Part shown: positions 18,210-28,123 of the stretch, piece after piece | Layout: each line of letters begins with the position of its first letter | Numbering within the stretch: position 1 is the stretch's first letter | Origin: a virus | DNA: 64,000 nucleotides | Virus record (IMG/VR): IMGVR_UViG_3300048928_000047 | Reading direction: 5' to 3' (one strand) | Position numbers and translations under genes: made by a program | The notes under the pieces: model-generated | Told to the model about the DNA's origin: nothing | The model's input: the letters and a program-made list of their open reading frames with translations, nothing else | Databases searched by the model: none

Positions 18210-18227
18210 AAGGGGCTTGCGCCCCTT
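18210..18227 (-). terminator. hairpin AAGGGGC-(4)-GCCCCTT
   Basis: 7-bp stem with tetraloop, 4 nt after the primase-helicase stop. Confidence 0.5.
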
Positions 18228-18230
18228 TTA

Positions 18231-20000
18231 TTAATAACTACCTTCGGGTACAGGCAGTTTGTTCATGTACTGATCGTAATCATGAAGGGTAGCAGTCTTG
18301 ATTTCATAGAAGAAACTACCTGCTGCACCTGTCTCAGAGAACTCACGGTTCTTGAGGATGTAGCAATATGTACGGTTTCGTTCCATTGGGTCTTCTGCTT
18401 GTTTGTCACGTTCCAGTGCGATGGTGATACCAGCACCTTTAGCCAGGAAGCTACTACCCATTGCATCATCTTCCACAATGTGTTCATTGCTGTTATTGGA
18501 AGACTTCTTAACGTGAGAGATTACGATAATAGTGATACCGTACTCTTTCATAATACGTTTCAGCCAAGTTGCGAGTTCTTCCTGCGCGGAAACATCCATA
18601 CCAGAAAGCAAGTCAGAATAAGGGTCGATAACAAGGATTGTTACTCCGAAGTAGATGATCATCTCCAGAACCTTTTCCTTGATAACGTCTACGTTTGCTC
18701 CTCGGTCATCACACACGTAGAAACGTGGAGTGCCGTCTTCGTGCTCGTAGAAGTTACGAATTCTCTCCTCATTCGCTTTCAGGATCTCCTGTTTCTCTTC
18801 TGCCGTTTTACGGTGCAGAGGAATGTGCAGGAAAGATGACAGCAAGTTACGAGAATACTTCTTGTACGTTGCCTCCAAGGAAAGAACGCCAAGAGTATGC
18901 TCTGGGTGCGCCATGATAATGTGTTTGGTGATCTCATTCACCAGGAGAGTTTTACCGATACTGGTTTTAGCCAGAATAACAGTAATCTCTTCCTCCACCA
19001 AACCGCCTCCAAGCATGTTAGCAGCCTGTCGCATGAATGGCGGTAGGGTTATGACCTTAGCCTCCAAACATTCCAATGCAGCCTCGTACAGGACGTTTGA
19101 TGCGTATACACCAGCAGGGGTGTACATCTTCGCTTTAAAGAATCGGTCAATGAAGTGATCAACCTTTCCTTCTTCAAGTGCCTGATTAGGATCTTTAACC
19201 TCAGTTAAGTCCATCACATACACTTTGTTGCGAGGTAGAATCTTAACACACTTTTCTACTGCTGCTCTACCAGCATCATCATTATCCATGCAGAGAATGA
19301 TTTTCTTGAACTGATCAAGGAACTTGTAGCGTGATTGCAGTTGCTTGTGCAGGGAACTCTCACCACATGTGCCAGAGACAACGGCTGGCACAGGGTATTT
19401 ACCACCTTTGTTATGATCCATCAGCATCTGTGTAGCTGCAAGCATGTCATGCTCACCACCTACGATGACGATTGTACCACTGTGGTTTCGATATTTAAAC
19501 TCACCGAACAGGTCACATTCTTTACCTGTTTCCCCTACGGGTTGCGTAAAGTCTTTCGGATCAATGCGGTGTTTATAACCTGCGATCTGATAGCTCTTAG
19601 TGGTTGGATAATATGTGTCTGTCACATTGCCTGTTTCAGCATCATAACCATAACGTACACCCAGGGGTTTTGAAATATCTTCTCGGATTCCACGATAGCC
19701 TCGTGGGTTTGTTCCGGTTTGTTCTTTCAGTTTATCATGAATTTGTGGGTTGAACTCGCTTCCCAAGATATCCTCCTCTTCAATTTCTTCACCGTGTTCA
19801 TCCAACCATTCTTGACTCGGAATGGTAAATTCGCATGAGAAGCAGTGTGCTCCTTTGTGCTCACCGCCACTATCTAACCCATATACCATCAAGTTATTCT
19901 GTGAACGATCTCTACCATTCTTCATACAACGTGGACAACCAGTGTGACCTTCTCGACTCAAATCAATATTAAAGCCGTACTTATTTACAACATGTGTCAC
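18231..20000 (-). CDS. bifunctional DNA primase-helicase (T7 gp4-like)
   Basis: Cys4 zinc ribbon (CPRC...CFSC). TOPRIM (VGGEHDMLA, CMDNDDAGR). Walker A AKTSIGKT. Walker B LVIDPYSDL. Confidence 0.9.
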   Translation of the reverse strand: MTHVVNKYGFNIDLSREGHTGCPRCMKNGRDRSQNNLMVYGLDSGGEHKGAHCFSCEFTIPSQEWLDEHGEEIEEEDILGSEFNPQIHDKLKEQTGTNPRGYRGIREDISKPLGVRYGYDAETGNVTDTYYPTTKSYQIAGYKHRIDPKDFTQPVGETGKECDLFGEFKYRNHSGTIVIVGGEHDMLAATQMLMDHNKGGKYPVPAVVSGTCGESSLHKQLQSRYKFLDQFKKIILCMDNDDAGRAAVEKCVKILPRNKVYVMDLTEVKDPNQALEEGKVDHFIDRFFKAKMYTPAGVYASNVLYEAALECLEAKVITLPPFMRQAANMLGGGLVEEEITVILAKTSIGKTLLVNEITKHIIMAHPEHTLGVLSLEATYKKYSRNLLSSFLHIPLHRKTAEEKQEILKANEERIRNFYEHEDGTPRFYVCDDRGANVDVIKEKVLEMIIYFGVTILVIDPYSDLLSGMDVSAQEELATWLKRIMKEYGITIIVISHVKKSSNNSNEHIVEDDAMGSSFLAKGAGITIALERDKQAEDPMERNRTYCYILKNREFSETGAAGSFFYEIKTATLHDYDQYMNKLPVPEGSY

Positions 20001-20012
20001 TGGTTTCTCCTG

Positions 20013-20282
20013 TTAAAAATATTCGTTGCTCTCCATTACATAATTAAGTTCCAAGTCTTCCTTGTATTTCTTAAATTGGAAAGCTATTTCTGCACCTGTA
20101 ATACTTACGTTGGATATTTCTTCCATTCCATCATAAACACGAACATCATCAATGATCAGTCCACCGTAGAAATCCCAATCACTTTCGCGAGACAATGGAT
20201 TTGGTTCTTCGTAGAAGAAATCTACTTCGACAATTACAGGAGTGCCGGACGGCAAGTTATATTCAAAATCGAATGTATTCAT
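20013..20282 (-). CDS. hypothetical protein
   Basis: 89-aa acidic ORF. Its start shares one nt with the stop (TAA) of the upstream glycosyltransferase gene (TAATG overlap). Confidence 0.5.
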   Translation of the reverse strand: MNTFDFEYNLPSGTPVIVEVDFFYEEPNPLSRESDWDFYGGLIIDDVRVYDGMEEISNVSITGAEIAFQFKKYKEDLELNYVMESNEYF

Positions 20283-21226
20283 TACAACCTCTCAATAAGT
20301 AATCTACGAGTCTCGTTTAATGCATCAATACTATATTGAGCACGTACATATTTGGCTAAGGCCATTCCCTTTTCAACACAAATATCTGGAGACTCTACTA
20401 AGTATTCCACCAGGTCTTTCCATTCAGATAATGAATCAGCAAAGTAAACCAGATCCTTAAACTCTTCGGTGAAATAATTCTCACGAGGAGAACAAATCAA
20501 CGGTAAGCCTTTGGCTCCAGCCTCAAGAATCTTGAGGTTGCTTTTTGCATTATTGAAAGGATTGTCTACAAGCGGAGCAATGCTAATCTGATGACCGTCA
20601 TACGATTCCATGTAAGTGGCGTATGGTCTGACACCTTCATAGATACAATCAGGTTGAATATCTTCTCGTATCAATGTCCATTGCAAGCTACTTAGCTCTT
20701 CTTTGTCTCTACGGAATCCGCAGAGTGTTAGCATCTTACCGAGGGGCGGTAGGATTGCCAAGTCATGTTTATGGGTTTCACTGCCAGCCCACACCAATGG
20801 ACTCTTAGAATAACGATCCTTTGTTATGGTGAATTGCCATTCATCGAAAGGCAAACCATTCGGCACGATATGCACGTTGTCATTATATTCTGAGAGTTCT
20901 TTCTGGAGAGCCGGAGTAGTTGTTGTTACCAAATCACTCCGTTCCAAAAACCACTTGAGGTCATCACGGATACGGGTATCAAACAAGTCCTCAAGCATAT
21001 GTCCTTCTGGAATATGTAGGGAGTCATCAAGATCCATAACCATTTTGAAACCAAGTTGTTTGAGAGCCAGGAATCCTGACTTCCCACGAGTAGGCACACC
21101 ATTGAACACGAAGATATTGTGTTGTGGGTTAATGGTGAGCGCTCGTTTGTATGGAAGGATAATTCTATGGAAATCACAGACACTATAATTATGTCCGTTG
21201 CGTGTGTCAAGCACAATGTTAGGCAT
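20282..21226 (-). CDS. GT-B-fold glycosyltransferase (paralogue 1)
   Basis: C-terminal IAPLVDNPFNNAKSNLKILEAGAKGLPLICS fits the GT1/GT4 nucleotide-sugar binding region. Clear paralogue of 21235-22233 (shared CD(F/Y)HR, DLDD and KSNLKILEAGAKGLP blocks). Confidence 0.55.
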   Translation of the reverse strand: MPNIVLDTRNGHNYSVCDFHRIILPYKRALTINPQHNIFVFNGVPTRGKSGFLALKQLGFKMVMDLDDSLHIPEGHMLEDLFDTRIRDDLKWFLERSDLVTTTTPALQKELSEYNDNVHIVPNGLPFDEWQFTITKDRYSKSPLVWAGSETHKHDLAILPPLGKMLTLCGFRRDKEELSSLQWTLIREDIQPDCIYEGVRPYATYMESYDGHQISIAPLVDNPFNNAKSNLKILEAGAKGLPLICSPRENYFTEEFKDLVYFADSLSEWKDLVEYLVESPDICVEKGMALAKYVRAQYSIDALNETRRLLIERL

Positions 21227-21234
21227 AGAACTCC

Positions 21235-22233
21235 TTATAAACTTTCGATCACTTGTCGGCGCAATTCATTTGCATCATCAAGATTGTAATGTGTTCTGAC
21301 GTGTTCTGCAAGCATTAAACCACGATCCTCTGCGTAGTTTGGATTACGAAGAAGTTTCACCACCTCGTAGTGCCATTCTGCGCGGGATTCAGCATAAAAC
21401 ACCACGTTAGCATCCACCGGATTATAATATGGTAACACCTTAGAACAAATGATAGGTAGTCCCTTAGCTCCTGCCTCCAGGATCTTCAAGTTGCTTTTAC
21501 AAGCATTGAAGTCATTATCAACCAGGGGAGCAATAGCTACGGCATGACCATCGTACACCGACATATACTCGCCTAAATGATGTACTGCTGGTTTGTATTG
21601 TGCATTCGGTAGCTTACGTCTGACTTTTCTCCACTCGGCAGTTGTCAATTGCTGATGACTACCAGCAGGAGCAGACTTGTGCTCTTCATATCCGGCAATT
21701 GTTAACAAATCATCATCAAAACTGTTCGAGACAAGAGATAGATCAGGATAGTGACTTGCACCACCCGCCCATATCAACGGAGTGTCTGACTCTTTATCTT
21801 CACTCAGGGTAAACTGACCAGTGTCGAAAGGCAGTGCGTTACGGATAACCACCACATTTCTATTCAGTGGCCTTACCTTGTAAGCCAGATATTCAGTGGT
21901 GACGATAACAACATCTGCTAATTTCACCATGTCAATGATGTTCTGTGTGTGACTTGTGAACACGCTTGCCAGGTAATGTTCAGGGTTAAGTTCATAGAAG
22001 TCATCTAAATCTACTACCACCTTAACACCACGCTCTTTCAGACGGCGAACCTCTTCTGCACCACGAGAATAGATACGGTTGAATACCAGTACATTCTCTT
22101 TTGGTTTGAATTTATTATCAGCAAAAGGCATCACCACTCGGTGATAGTCGCACCCACTTCCTAACTTGTTATCACAATATAAGCGGGGCTTATGAACAAG
22201 CATGTTTAACATCCTCCTTAAATTATCAATCAT
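21235..22233 (-). CDS. GT-B-fold glycosyltransferase (paralogue 2)
   Basis: IAPLVDNDFNACKSNLKILEAGAKGLPIICS. Tandem paralogue of the previous gene. ATGA overlap with the upstream gene. Confidence 0.55.
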   Translation of the reverse strand: MIDNLRRMLNMLVHKPRLYCDNKLGSGCDYHRVVMPFADNKFKPKENVLVFNRIYSRGAEEVRRLKERGVKVVVDLDDFYELNPEHYLASVFTSHTQNIIDMVKLADVVIVTTEYLAYKVRPLNRNVVVIRNALPFDTGQFTLSEDKESDTPLIWAGGASHYPDLSLVSNSFDDDLLTIAGYEEHKSAPAGSHQQLTTAEWRKVRRKLPNAQYKPAVHHLGEYMSVYDGHAVAIAPLVDNDFNACKSNLKILEAGAKGLPIICSKVLPYYNPVDANVVFYAESRAEWHYEVVKLLRNPNYAEDRGLMLAEHVRTHYNLDDANELRRQVIESL

Positions 22234-22793
22234 ATTACCTTCTCCATATCCTGGCAGTGAATGAGATGCGAAATGGCTCTACGTGGATCGATTGCTCCAA
22301 GACGATAAGTATGGAACAGATACATTCCTCGCATGATTCCTAATCGCTTTCCTGCTGCGTGTAGAGTATTAGAGAAGATTAAATCGAATTGAATAGATCT
22401 TTCTTCGAATGGAATTTCTTGCCACAAACTCTTCCTGAATAATAAGAAGAATCCTGCAAGTGGTACTCCCAGAGGAACATCTTCAATGCTATTGCCCCAG
22501 GCTGTTCGGGCTGCTTTCGCAATTTCTATGTGATTGCGTATGTCTGAATCGTCACTGATTTCGTTACCGAATAATTGGTAAGTAGATCCCAGGCGGTTGC
22601 ATGATGCACCAATAACATCATACTCTGGGTTAGAACGGACGAGGGTTTCAAGCCACATCGGTTGTTCTGGTAGTAGGAACATCGTGTCGATATCCCTCAA
22701 GCAAATCCAACTATCTTCCGGCAGTTCACGGATGGTATCGTTGATGCCTTTGCCGATATCACCAGAAAGATAGGGAGTAATGTGGAAGATCAT
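22230..22793 (-). CDS. GT-A-like glycosyltransferase (DxD)
   Basis: Start moved to MIFHITPYLSG (GGAGGGAGAA SD). Motifs WICLRDIDTMF (DxD) and LAGFFLLFRKSLW resemble family-2-type transferases. Confidence 0.45.
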   Translation of the reverse strand: MIFHITPYLSGDIGKGINDTIRELPEDSWICLRDIDTMFLLPEQPMWLETLVRSNPEYDVIGASCNRLGSTYQLFGNEISDDSDIRNHIEIAKAARTAWGNSIEDVPLGVPLAGFFLLFRKSLWQEIPFEERSIQFDLIFSNTLHAAGKRLGIMRGMYLFHTYRLGAIDPRRAISHLIHCQDMEKVI

Positions 22794-22855
22794 TTCTCCC
22801 TCCTGTAATGTTAATTTAGCACCGATCAGCACAAATGTCCAATCGGTATTGCCTA

Positions 22856-23053
22856 TTAATCTTTAGGCTTCACAATGCCACGATTCTGTAGCTCCAACTG
22901 AATGGCAATAGAACGATCTCGTGCAGCCATGTACTCTGTGAAAGTCTCCTGGAGATGATCACCAGCCACATCGCGCAGCTTCAAGAGCTTCTCGTCTGTC
23001 ACCTGAGTCAGGTCATCAAACACCTCTACATCATTTGTCCCATTCGTTTGCAT
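22856..23053 (-). CDS. hypothetical protein
   Basis: Start placed at MQTNG, which has an AAGGAGG SD 6 nt upstream. 65 aa. Confidence 0.45.
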   Translation of the reverse strand: MQTNGTNDVEVFDDLTQVTDEKLLKLRDVAGDHLQETFTEYMAARDRSIAIQLELQNRGIVKPKD

Positions 23054-23258
23054 CAACAACCTCCTTAATGGCTACGGCACAATCTTTACAGATACAATTG
23101 CCTTTGTTCTTTTCAAGTTCAATATACGGGGAATTATCTTCCCGACGAGAGTCATAGATTACACTGTTGAAACACACAACGCAAACATTTTTCAAGATTG
23201 TGTACTTCTCAATACGTTTCTTAGTGCGAAAATTAACTTCGATGATATCTGCCATCAA
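23031..23258 (-). CDS. small zinc-ribbon protein
   Basis: 75 aa with CVVC...CxCKDC pairs. ATGA-type overlap with the upstream gene. Confidence 0.5.
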   Translation of the reverse strand: MMADIIEVNFRTKKRIEKYTILKNVCVVCFNSVIYDSRREDNSPYIELEKNKGNCICKDCAVAIKEVVDANEWDK

Positions 23259-23536
23259 TGTACTGCTCCCAGGATGTTATTCTGTGCCATCGTAGCACTG
23301 AGTTCTACCATGTCGTGAGATCGTGAAAAACGTTCCCACACCTCTGCATCAACCTTGAGAGCTATGCAAGGATAGATAGAGTCGTGAATAACCTCTACGT
23401 GAAACACGTTTGGGTTCTCATCTTCCTCTACGAACATCTGACCATAACTTTCGAGGTGTTTACGGATGTACAGAGCATCCTCCTCAGTGAGTCCAATCAT
23501 CAAATAACTCGCCACCACTACATGTCTATCCTGCAT
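23255..23536 (-). CDS. hypothetical protein
   Basis: 93-aa ORF. AAGGAGAAAA SD. Confidence 0.5.
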   Translation of the reverse strand: MQDRHVVVASYLMIGLTEEDALYIRKHLESYGQMFVEEDENPNVFHVEVIHDSIYPCIALKVDAEVWERFSRSHDMVELSATMAQNNILGAVH

Positions 23537-23545
23537 ATTTTCTCC

Positions 23546-24070
23546 TTAGCTCTTAGGTATATAGAATTGATGTTCCTTGTAACGGTACACCAAGATCATA
23601 TCCTTCTCCCAATGGGTACGGATATTCTTCTTTTTGAAATACTTAGCCCCTTTCGTTACATCTGTTGCATCACGAGCTTCGGGGAAGTTCTTATCAAGGT
23701 AGATTAAGCGATCAGCAATATGCTTTGCCTCCTGCCATCTATCCTTTTCGACGACATTAAATGCGCCTTTATACGTGTATGAGAATTGTCCTGGTTGGAA
23801 GAGAACACCTTTGACGGTCTTAGGGAACTGAGGATCGTTAACACGATTCAGAACAACATTACCGACAGCAGCCATTCCTTTCTTTCCTTGGTTACGGCTC
23901 TCTGCGTACATTGCACAAGCTAAAAGATTTTCTTTCGTATCTCGCTTTGTACACTTGTGGACTACTTTAGCGGTCTTTACGTTTGCAGCTTCGGCAACGC
24001 CGATTACAGGTGTAAATGTAAAAGCAGTTAATGATAGTAACGCAATTGTTACAAAGTTTCGTATCAGCAA
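23546..24070 (-). CDS. SleB/Hydrolase_2-family cell-wall hydrolase with N-terminal signal/anchor
   Basis: CAMYAESRNQGKKGMAAVGNVVLNRVNDPQFPKTVKGVLFQPGQFS is the SleB-family core. No ATG in the N-terminal region. TTG at 24070 has an AGGAGG SD 6 nt upstream and yields MLIRNFVTIALLSLTAFTFTPVIGVAEA. The longer form (to 24130) is also TTG-initiated. Confidence 0.7.
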   Translation of the reverse strand: MLIRNFVTIALLSLTAFTFTPVIGVAEAANVKTAKVVHKCTKRDTKENLLACAMYAESRNQGKKGMAAVGNVVLNRVNDPQFPKTVKGVLFQPGQFSYTYKGAFNVVEKDRWQEAKHIADRLIYLDKNFPEARDATDVTKGAKYFKKKNIRTHWEKDMILVYRYKEHQFYIPKS

Positions 24071-24157
24071 ATTTTGCCTCCTTTTTGTTTTACGAACTAT
24101 TATTCTATCACAGGAGGGAGGATTTTGCAAGAGAAAGGGGCTTTCGCCCCTCTCATG

Positions 24158-24811
24158 TTACAGTGTGAAAGTGGTGGTGAAGTCCACTTTAGCGCCATCT
24201 TCAAGGACGGTGAGCTTGAGGGTGTCGCTCTGAATATTATCCAGAGATTCCAGTTTGACAGTCACACGCTCGTAGGCTGGTTGACCATCTTTCAGGAAAG
24301 TACGCTCTGTGACTACCACCTTGTCTGCTACGATCAGAGTGGCTTTACCGTCATGTTCCAGGTGGTAAGAACTACCGTCTTTATAGTTGACGACAACTAC
24401 GCCACCGCTAACTACCAGATTATCACCCAACACGATTGCCACTGGAGCAGTATTTACACCTACTGCAAGAGTGGTTGAAGATGGTAAACTTTGCAGATAC
24501 TGGAATTCCGACATTGCTGCACTAACCATCTCTTCAAACTCTTCTACTTCGAGAGGATCACGATCACTCCAGTCGTAGTCATCGATCTCGGTGTCACCGT
24601 CTTTGATACCCATATAGTTCCAGTTATCAATTGTGAAACCAGTTTCACCCATCCAAGTATCTTCAAAATTCTCGCAGACGGTGAAATGAATACCCATATC
24701 CCTTACATCCTGGAATAAAGCTGTCGTTTTTCGGCTCTTGGCTGCGTCGTAGTCCACATCAACAACAAAGTCTTCTTCGAACAGGCTACGCAGTTTCTCT
24801 AATGCACTCAT
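24158..24811 (-). CDS. hypothetical acidic protein
   Basis: 217-aa ORF bounded by GC tetraloop hairpins (24131-24154 and 24840-24857). Confidence 0.55.
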   Translation of the reverse strand: MSALEKLRSLFEEDFVVDVDYDAAKSRKTTALFQDVRDMGIHFTVCENFEDTWMGETGFTIDNWNYMGIKDGDTEIDDYDWSDRDPLEVEEFEEMVSAAMSEFQYLQSLPSSTTLAVGVNTAPVAIVLGDNLVVSGGVVVVNYKDGSSYHLEHDGKATLIVADKVVVTERTFLKDGQPAYERVTVKLESLDNIQSDTLKLTVLEDGAKVDFTTTFTL

Positions 24812-24872
24812 TTTATTCTCCTTCTTTAAGTCTCAGTGGGGAGGGCTTGCGCCCTCCGTGGCAGATTAATCC

Positions 24873-25475
24873 TTACGGGCAGTCAAACCAGTTGACGTCA
24901 CCACCGAATGCTACCACCACATCACAGATATCCATACCTGCTTTACCAACACCGTAGGCTTTCAGTTTCCATTCGCCATCTTCACGAACCAGTGAAGCTA
25001 CGTGGCAGATGGTGTTACCAGCAACTTCCGGTGCCAGGAAGTCGAAGTCGAGGATCTCAACATTACGTTCTGCGTCGAAGATTTTCAGCATACCTTCGGA
25101 GGCATGACCGAGGCGCTTCTGACCAGTTTCATCGTCGATGGTGATCACGAATGCAATTTCATCTGCATTCTGGGAGATTTTACTCAGAGTAACATCGATC
25201 TGCTCCAGGTTGCCAGTACCATCACGAACATCTTCGCCAGCGAAGGTTGAACGCTCTGGATCAACTTTGTTTGCATAGCAAACCAGGTGACGGGCAGACA
25301 GCATTTCTGGATTACCAGAGGCATTATGACGGCACACCAGTGCGCTTACGTCCAGATCCAGCTTAGTGGATGATTTCCAGGAGAATTCCAGACGAATCTC
25401 TTTCAGCAGAGGTGCGATCTTTTTCAGGGAGATCTTTTCGGTGGAACCTTTTTTCAGGGAAATTTTCTCAGACAT
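24873..25475 (-). CDS. terD: TerD-family protein
   Basis: Start moved to MSEKISLKKG (AAGGAGAA SD). Motifs ISLKKG..ISLKK, LDLDVSALV, FAGEDVRDGTG and EIAFVITIDD follow the TerD-domain pattern. Confidence 0.85.
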   Translation of the reverse strand: MSEKISLKKGSTEKISLKKIAPLLKEIRLEFSWKSSTKLDLDVSALVCRHNASGNPEMLSARHLVCYANKVDPERSTFAGEDVRDGTGNLEQIDVTLSKISQNADEIAFVITIDDETGQKRLGHASEGMLKIFDAERNVEILDFDFLAPEVAGNTICHVASLVREDGEWKLKAYGVGKAGMDICDVVVAFGGDVNWFDCP

Positions 25476-25507
25476 GTATGTTCTCCTTCTTTCTGTTTTC
25501 ATTTACT

Positions 25508-25570
25508 GGGGAAGAACCGCTCTTCCCCCTTTGATGTAATCTATTCTACGTATTTCTTAGGGTAAGTCAA
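25508..25570 (-). promoter_or_regulatory. sigma70-type promoter plus leader hairpin upstream of terD
   Basis: Minus strand: TTGACT (25570-25565), 16-nt spacer, TAGAAT (25548-25543). Then ...ATCAAA plus hairpin GGGGAAGA-GCGGT-TCTTCCCC (25528-25508), then the SD. Confidence 0.6.
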
Positions 25571-25579
25571 CAACTATTT

Positions 25580-26374
25580 TTAGTTTTTTGCACCTACTTT
25601 CTCAACCCACTGACCAAACTCATCAGACAGCAGTTTGTCATAGAGTTGTTCGTCAGACAGATCCAGGTCATCAATGCCGATGAAAGCTACGTTATCGTAT
25701 TCATTTGCCAGAGCTTTTAGGAAGCTAAAGCGAGCATTACCAACCCCAACCATGAACCAGTAGATAGGTTTACCTTTGTTACGGTTCAGTACAGCGCGTA
25801 CTGCGGATTCGTCATTGTTCTCACCATCAGTCTGGAAGAACACCATTGCAGGTGTGGTATCCACAGACGCAGAGGTATCTGGTACTTGTTCTGTGATCGT
25901 TTTCTTGACAGTAACGGTTTCAGTTTTACCTGTCAGTTTGGCAAAGAAGCCGCTCACCGGACGCTGCTCTTGTACCTCAACTTCACGAGATACAGTTTTC
26001 ATTGGCGTAGAGCCAAAGTATTCGTCGTAGATCGCCTGGATAACTGGTGCGTAGCTTGTGCCGCCATTGATGGATACGTTACGCATACATTTACCTACGT
26101 AGTCGTCGTACACGTCAGCGGTAGCTGGCGGCAGTTCAGAAGAGTAGTTGTTGAACGCCCACATATCGATCTGCTGGTTATCGTCAAACTGCATACCGAA
26201 CGGCAGGAGTTTACCGACGAAATCACTCACAGTACCGTTACGGTACAGGCTGTGCATACTACCAGAGATATCCAGTGCAGATGCTACGCGCAGTACGATC
26301 TGTGCAATCTTTTTCTTTTTCAGGCTGATTACCAGTTGTTCCTGACGTTTTACCAGACTAATTTTCTCGCTCAT
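25580..26374 (-). CDS. von Willebrand factor A (vWA) domain protein, TerY/TerF-like
   Basis: MIDAS motif ALDISGSM, later FFQTDGENND. N-terminus MSEKISL mirrors the TerD start. Adjacent to terD. Confidence 0.7.
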   Translation of the reverse strand: MSEKISLVKRQEQLVISLKKKKIAQIVLRVASALDISGSMHSLYRNGTVSDFVGKLLPFGMQFDDNQQIDMWAFNNYSSELPPATADVYDDYVGKCMRNVSINGGTSYAPVIQAIYDEYFGSTPMKTVSREVEVQEQRPVSGFFAKLTGKTETVTVKKTITEQVPDTSASVDTTPAMVFFQTDGENNDESAVRAVLNRNKGKPIYWFMVGVGNARFSFLKALANEYDNVAFIGIDDLDLSDEQLYDKLLSDEFGQWVEKVGAKN

Positions 26375-26577
26375 AATTTTTCCTCCATTAAGTTTTTAAG
26401 TGCGATGGTTGTTTCAGATTGGGTTTCTTCCTCGGAACCATCTGGATTTGCATGATAGTGCAAGAAATCTTCTGGGTCGTACCAATCGGATTCTTGACCT
26501 TGCTTCCAACCATCTATGAATGCGTCTTCGATGATAGTCTTTAACTCAAGACGTGTCAAGGTGATTTTATCAGTCAT
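26371..26577 (-). CDS. hypothetical small acidic protein
   Basis: 68 aa. 4-nt overlap downstream and 8-nt overlap upstream. Confidence 0.5.
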   Translation of the reverse strand: MTDKITLTRLELKTIIEDAFIDGWKQGQESDWYDPEDFLHYHANPDGSEEETQSETTIALKNLMEEKL

Positions 26578-26797
26578 CTTGTACCTCCGCTAACTGTTCT
26601 CGATAGTGATCATCATCCCATCCACCTGGTGGATAAAAGTCATCACCTACTTCGATGATTGTTCCACCTTCGCTCATTGCTAACTCTTCACAGAAGTAGT
26701 CATGGTAAGCGATCTTCTCCGCAAAGTCAACATCTTTGAAGAAACGAATAGTGGCGCTACCATCACCGCAATCGGCAATTACGAGAGCAATCTTCAT
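26570..26797 (-). CDS. hypothetical small acidic protein
   Basis: 75 aa. Translationally coupled on both sides. Confidence 0.5.
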   Translation of the reverse strand: MKIALVIADCGDGSATIRFFKDVDFAEKIAYHDYFCEELAMSEGGTIIEVGDDFYPPGGWDDDHYREQLAEVQDD

Positions 26798-27000
26798 ACC
26801 TCAAACTCCTTGACCAACTCAAGTTCATCAAAGCGTTCTGCTGAACACTGGTCATAACCGTAAAGTTCACGACCAACAACCAGCACAGGCTCCAGATTAG
26901 GGAAAGATAAAATATGTTCACTGTTCCCTGCAAACTGCTCTTCATCATCATAACGAACAGCTACATACCCATCTTCCAGTTTATAAATACGAATTCGCAT
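26794..27000 (-). CDS. hypothetical small protein
   Basis: 68 aa. AAGGAGAAAA SD. ATGA overlap downstream. Confidence 0.5.
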   Translation of the reverse strand: MRIRIYKLEDGYVAVRYDDEEQFAGNSEHILSFPNLEPVLVVGRELYGYDQCSAERFDELELVKEFEV

Positions 27001-27009
27001 GTTTTCTCC

Positions 27010-28113
27010 TTACACTAAGCCAGATTTGACTTTTTGGATCATCCCATCTTCCAGGGATTGAACCTCGTTGATGTAATCAATACGAGCGGCGCGAGCCTCG
27101 GTATTGATGCGGTTGGTTTCTTCCAGCATTTTAACCAGGTTTTCCTGATCTTTACGCAGGGTTTCAATGTCCAGAATCTGACGGTTAGACAGAGCCGTAG
27201 CATTGATAATGTTTTGTGCAGCCAAATCGCTCCCCATTTGAATTGCAGTGTTGAATTCATCCAACACATTAGCCTGACTTTTACCAGCTTCCGCCTGGCG
27301 TAAGCTCTCAATATACATTGAGAAGTTTGCAGAATAAGCCGGAATAACGTTGTTCACGATGTTACGAGCAGATCGCATAAGCATTTCGCTAACCTTAATC
27401 ATACTGTTCACTCGTGGTCCCATTTGCACACACAGCAAACGTAGTGCTTTAAGGTCAGCAATACGGATCTCCAGAATATCCAGGGTATCGCGGATCTCGG
27501 TACGAGTTTCCACTTCTTCCTCTGGTGTATTCAAGAAACGTGCTTCCTCTTTTGCGTAGGTGTCCGTCAGGAGTTCCACATCACGGTTAAGGCTCATGGC
27601 GTACTGAGCAATAGCGGATTTCAGTTTTTCCAGATAGACAAGTGAATCTTCCTCTTTACGCACATCACCTTCCAGTTCTTTCACCAGAACATCAATACGG
27701 TTGTTAACGTTGTCGTACTCAGCAAACAGATCTTCTTTCAGCCCCATGATCTTCTTGATGAATTTACCAACGCCTTTTGACTGCTTGATTGAAGAAGGAT
27801 CAAGCTGTTTAGCCTGTTTAATCAGGGCAGTGAGGCGTTCATTCATCTCCCCACCTTGATTACCACGTTGGTGTTTCAGGACTTCGCTGTTGAGGCTACG
27901 CAGAGTTAATCCTGCCTCAGCGCCCACTCCGTCAATCTCCTTGCGGCTCATTGCAGGAAGAGCAGGTACAGGTTTAACAACTGCCGGAGCAAACACAGGG
28001 CTTGCTTCCAGCACACTTGGAGCCAGTGCAGAGCGTTTGTCATCAACAGTGGTCAGAACACTTGCACCATGCTTATTGCCTTTCACGGCATTCAGGAATG
28101 GACTCTTAGACAT
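27010..28113 (-). CDS. telA: TelA-like (toxic anion resistance family) protein
   Basis: 367-aa all-helical protein. The segment LDPSSIKQSKGVGKFIKKIMGLKEDLFAEYDNVNNRIDVLVKELE...DSLVYLEKL fits the TelA/KlaB pattern. Lies between the TerD/vWA genes and TerC. Confidence 0.65.
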   Translation of the reverse strand: MSKSPFLNAVKGNKHGASVLTTVDDKRSALAPSVLEASPVFAPAVVKPVPALPAMSRKEIDGVGAEAGLTLRSLNSEVLKHQRGNQGGEMNERLTALIKQAKQLDPSSIKQSKGVGKFIKKIMGLKEDLFAEYDNVNNRIDVLVKELEGDVRKEEDSLVYLEKLKSAIAQYAMSLNRDVELLTDTYAKEEARFLNTPEEEVETRTEIRDTLDILEIRIADLKALRLLCVQMGPRVNSMIKVSEMLMRSARNIVNNVIPAYSANFSMYIESLRQAEAGKSQANVLDEFNTAIQMGSDLAAQNIINATALSNRQILDIETLRKDQENLVKMLEETNRINTEARAARIDYINEVQSLEDGMIQKVKSGLV

Positions 28114-28123
28114 TTCTTTCTCC

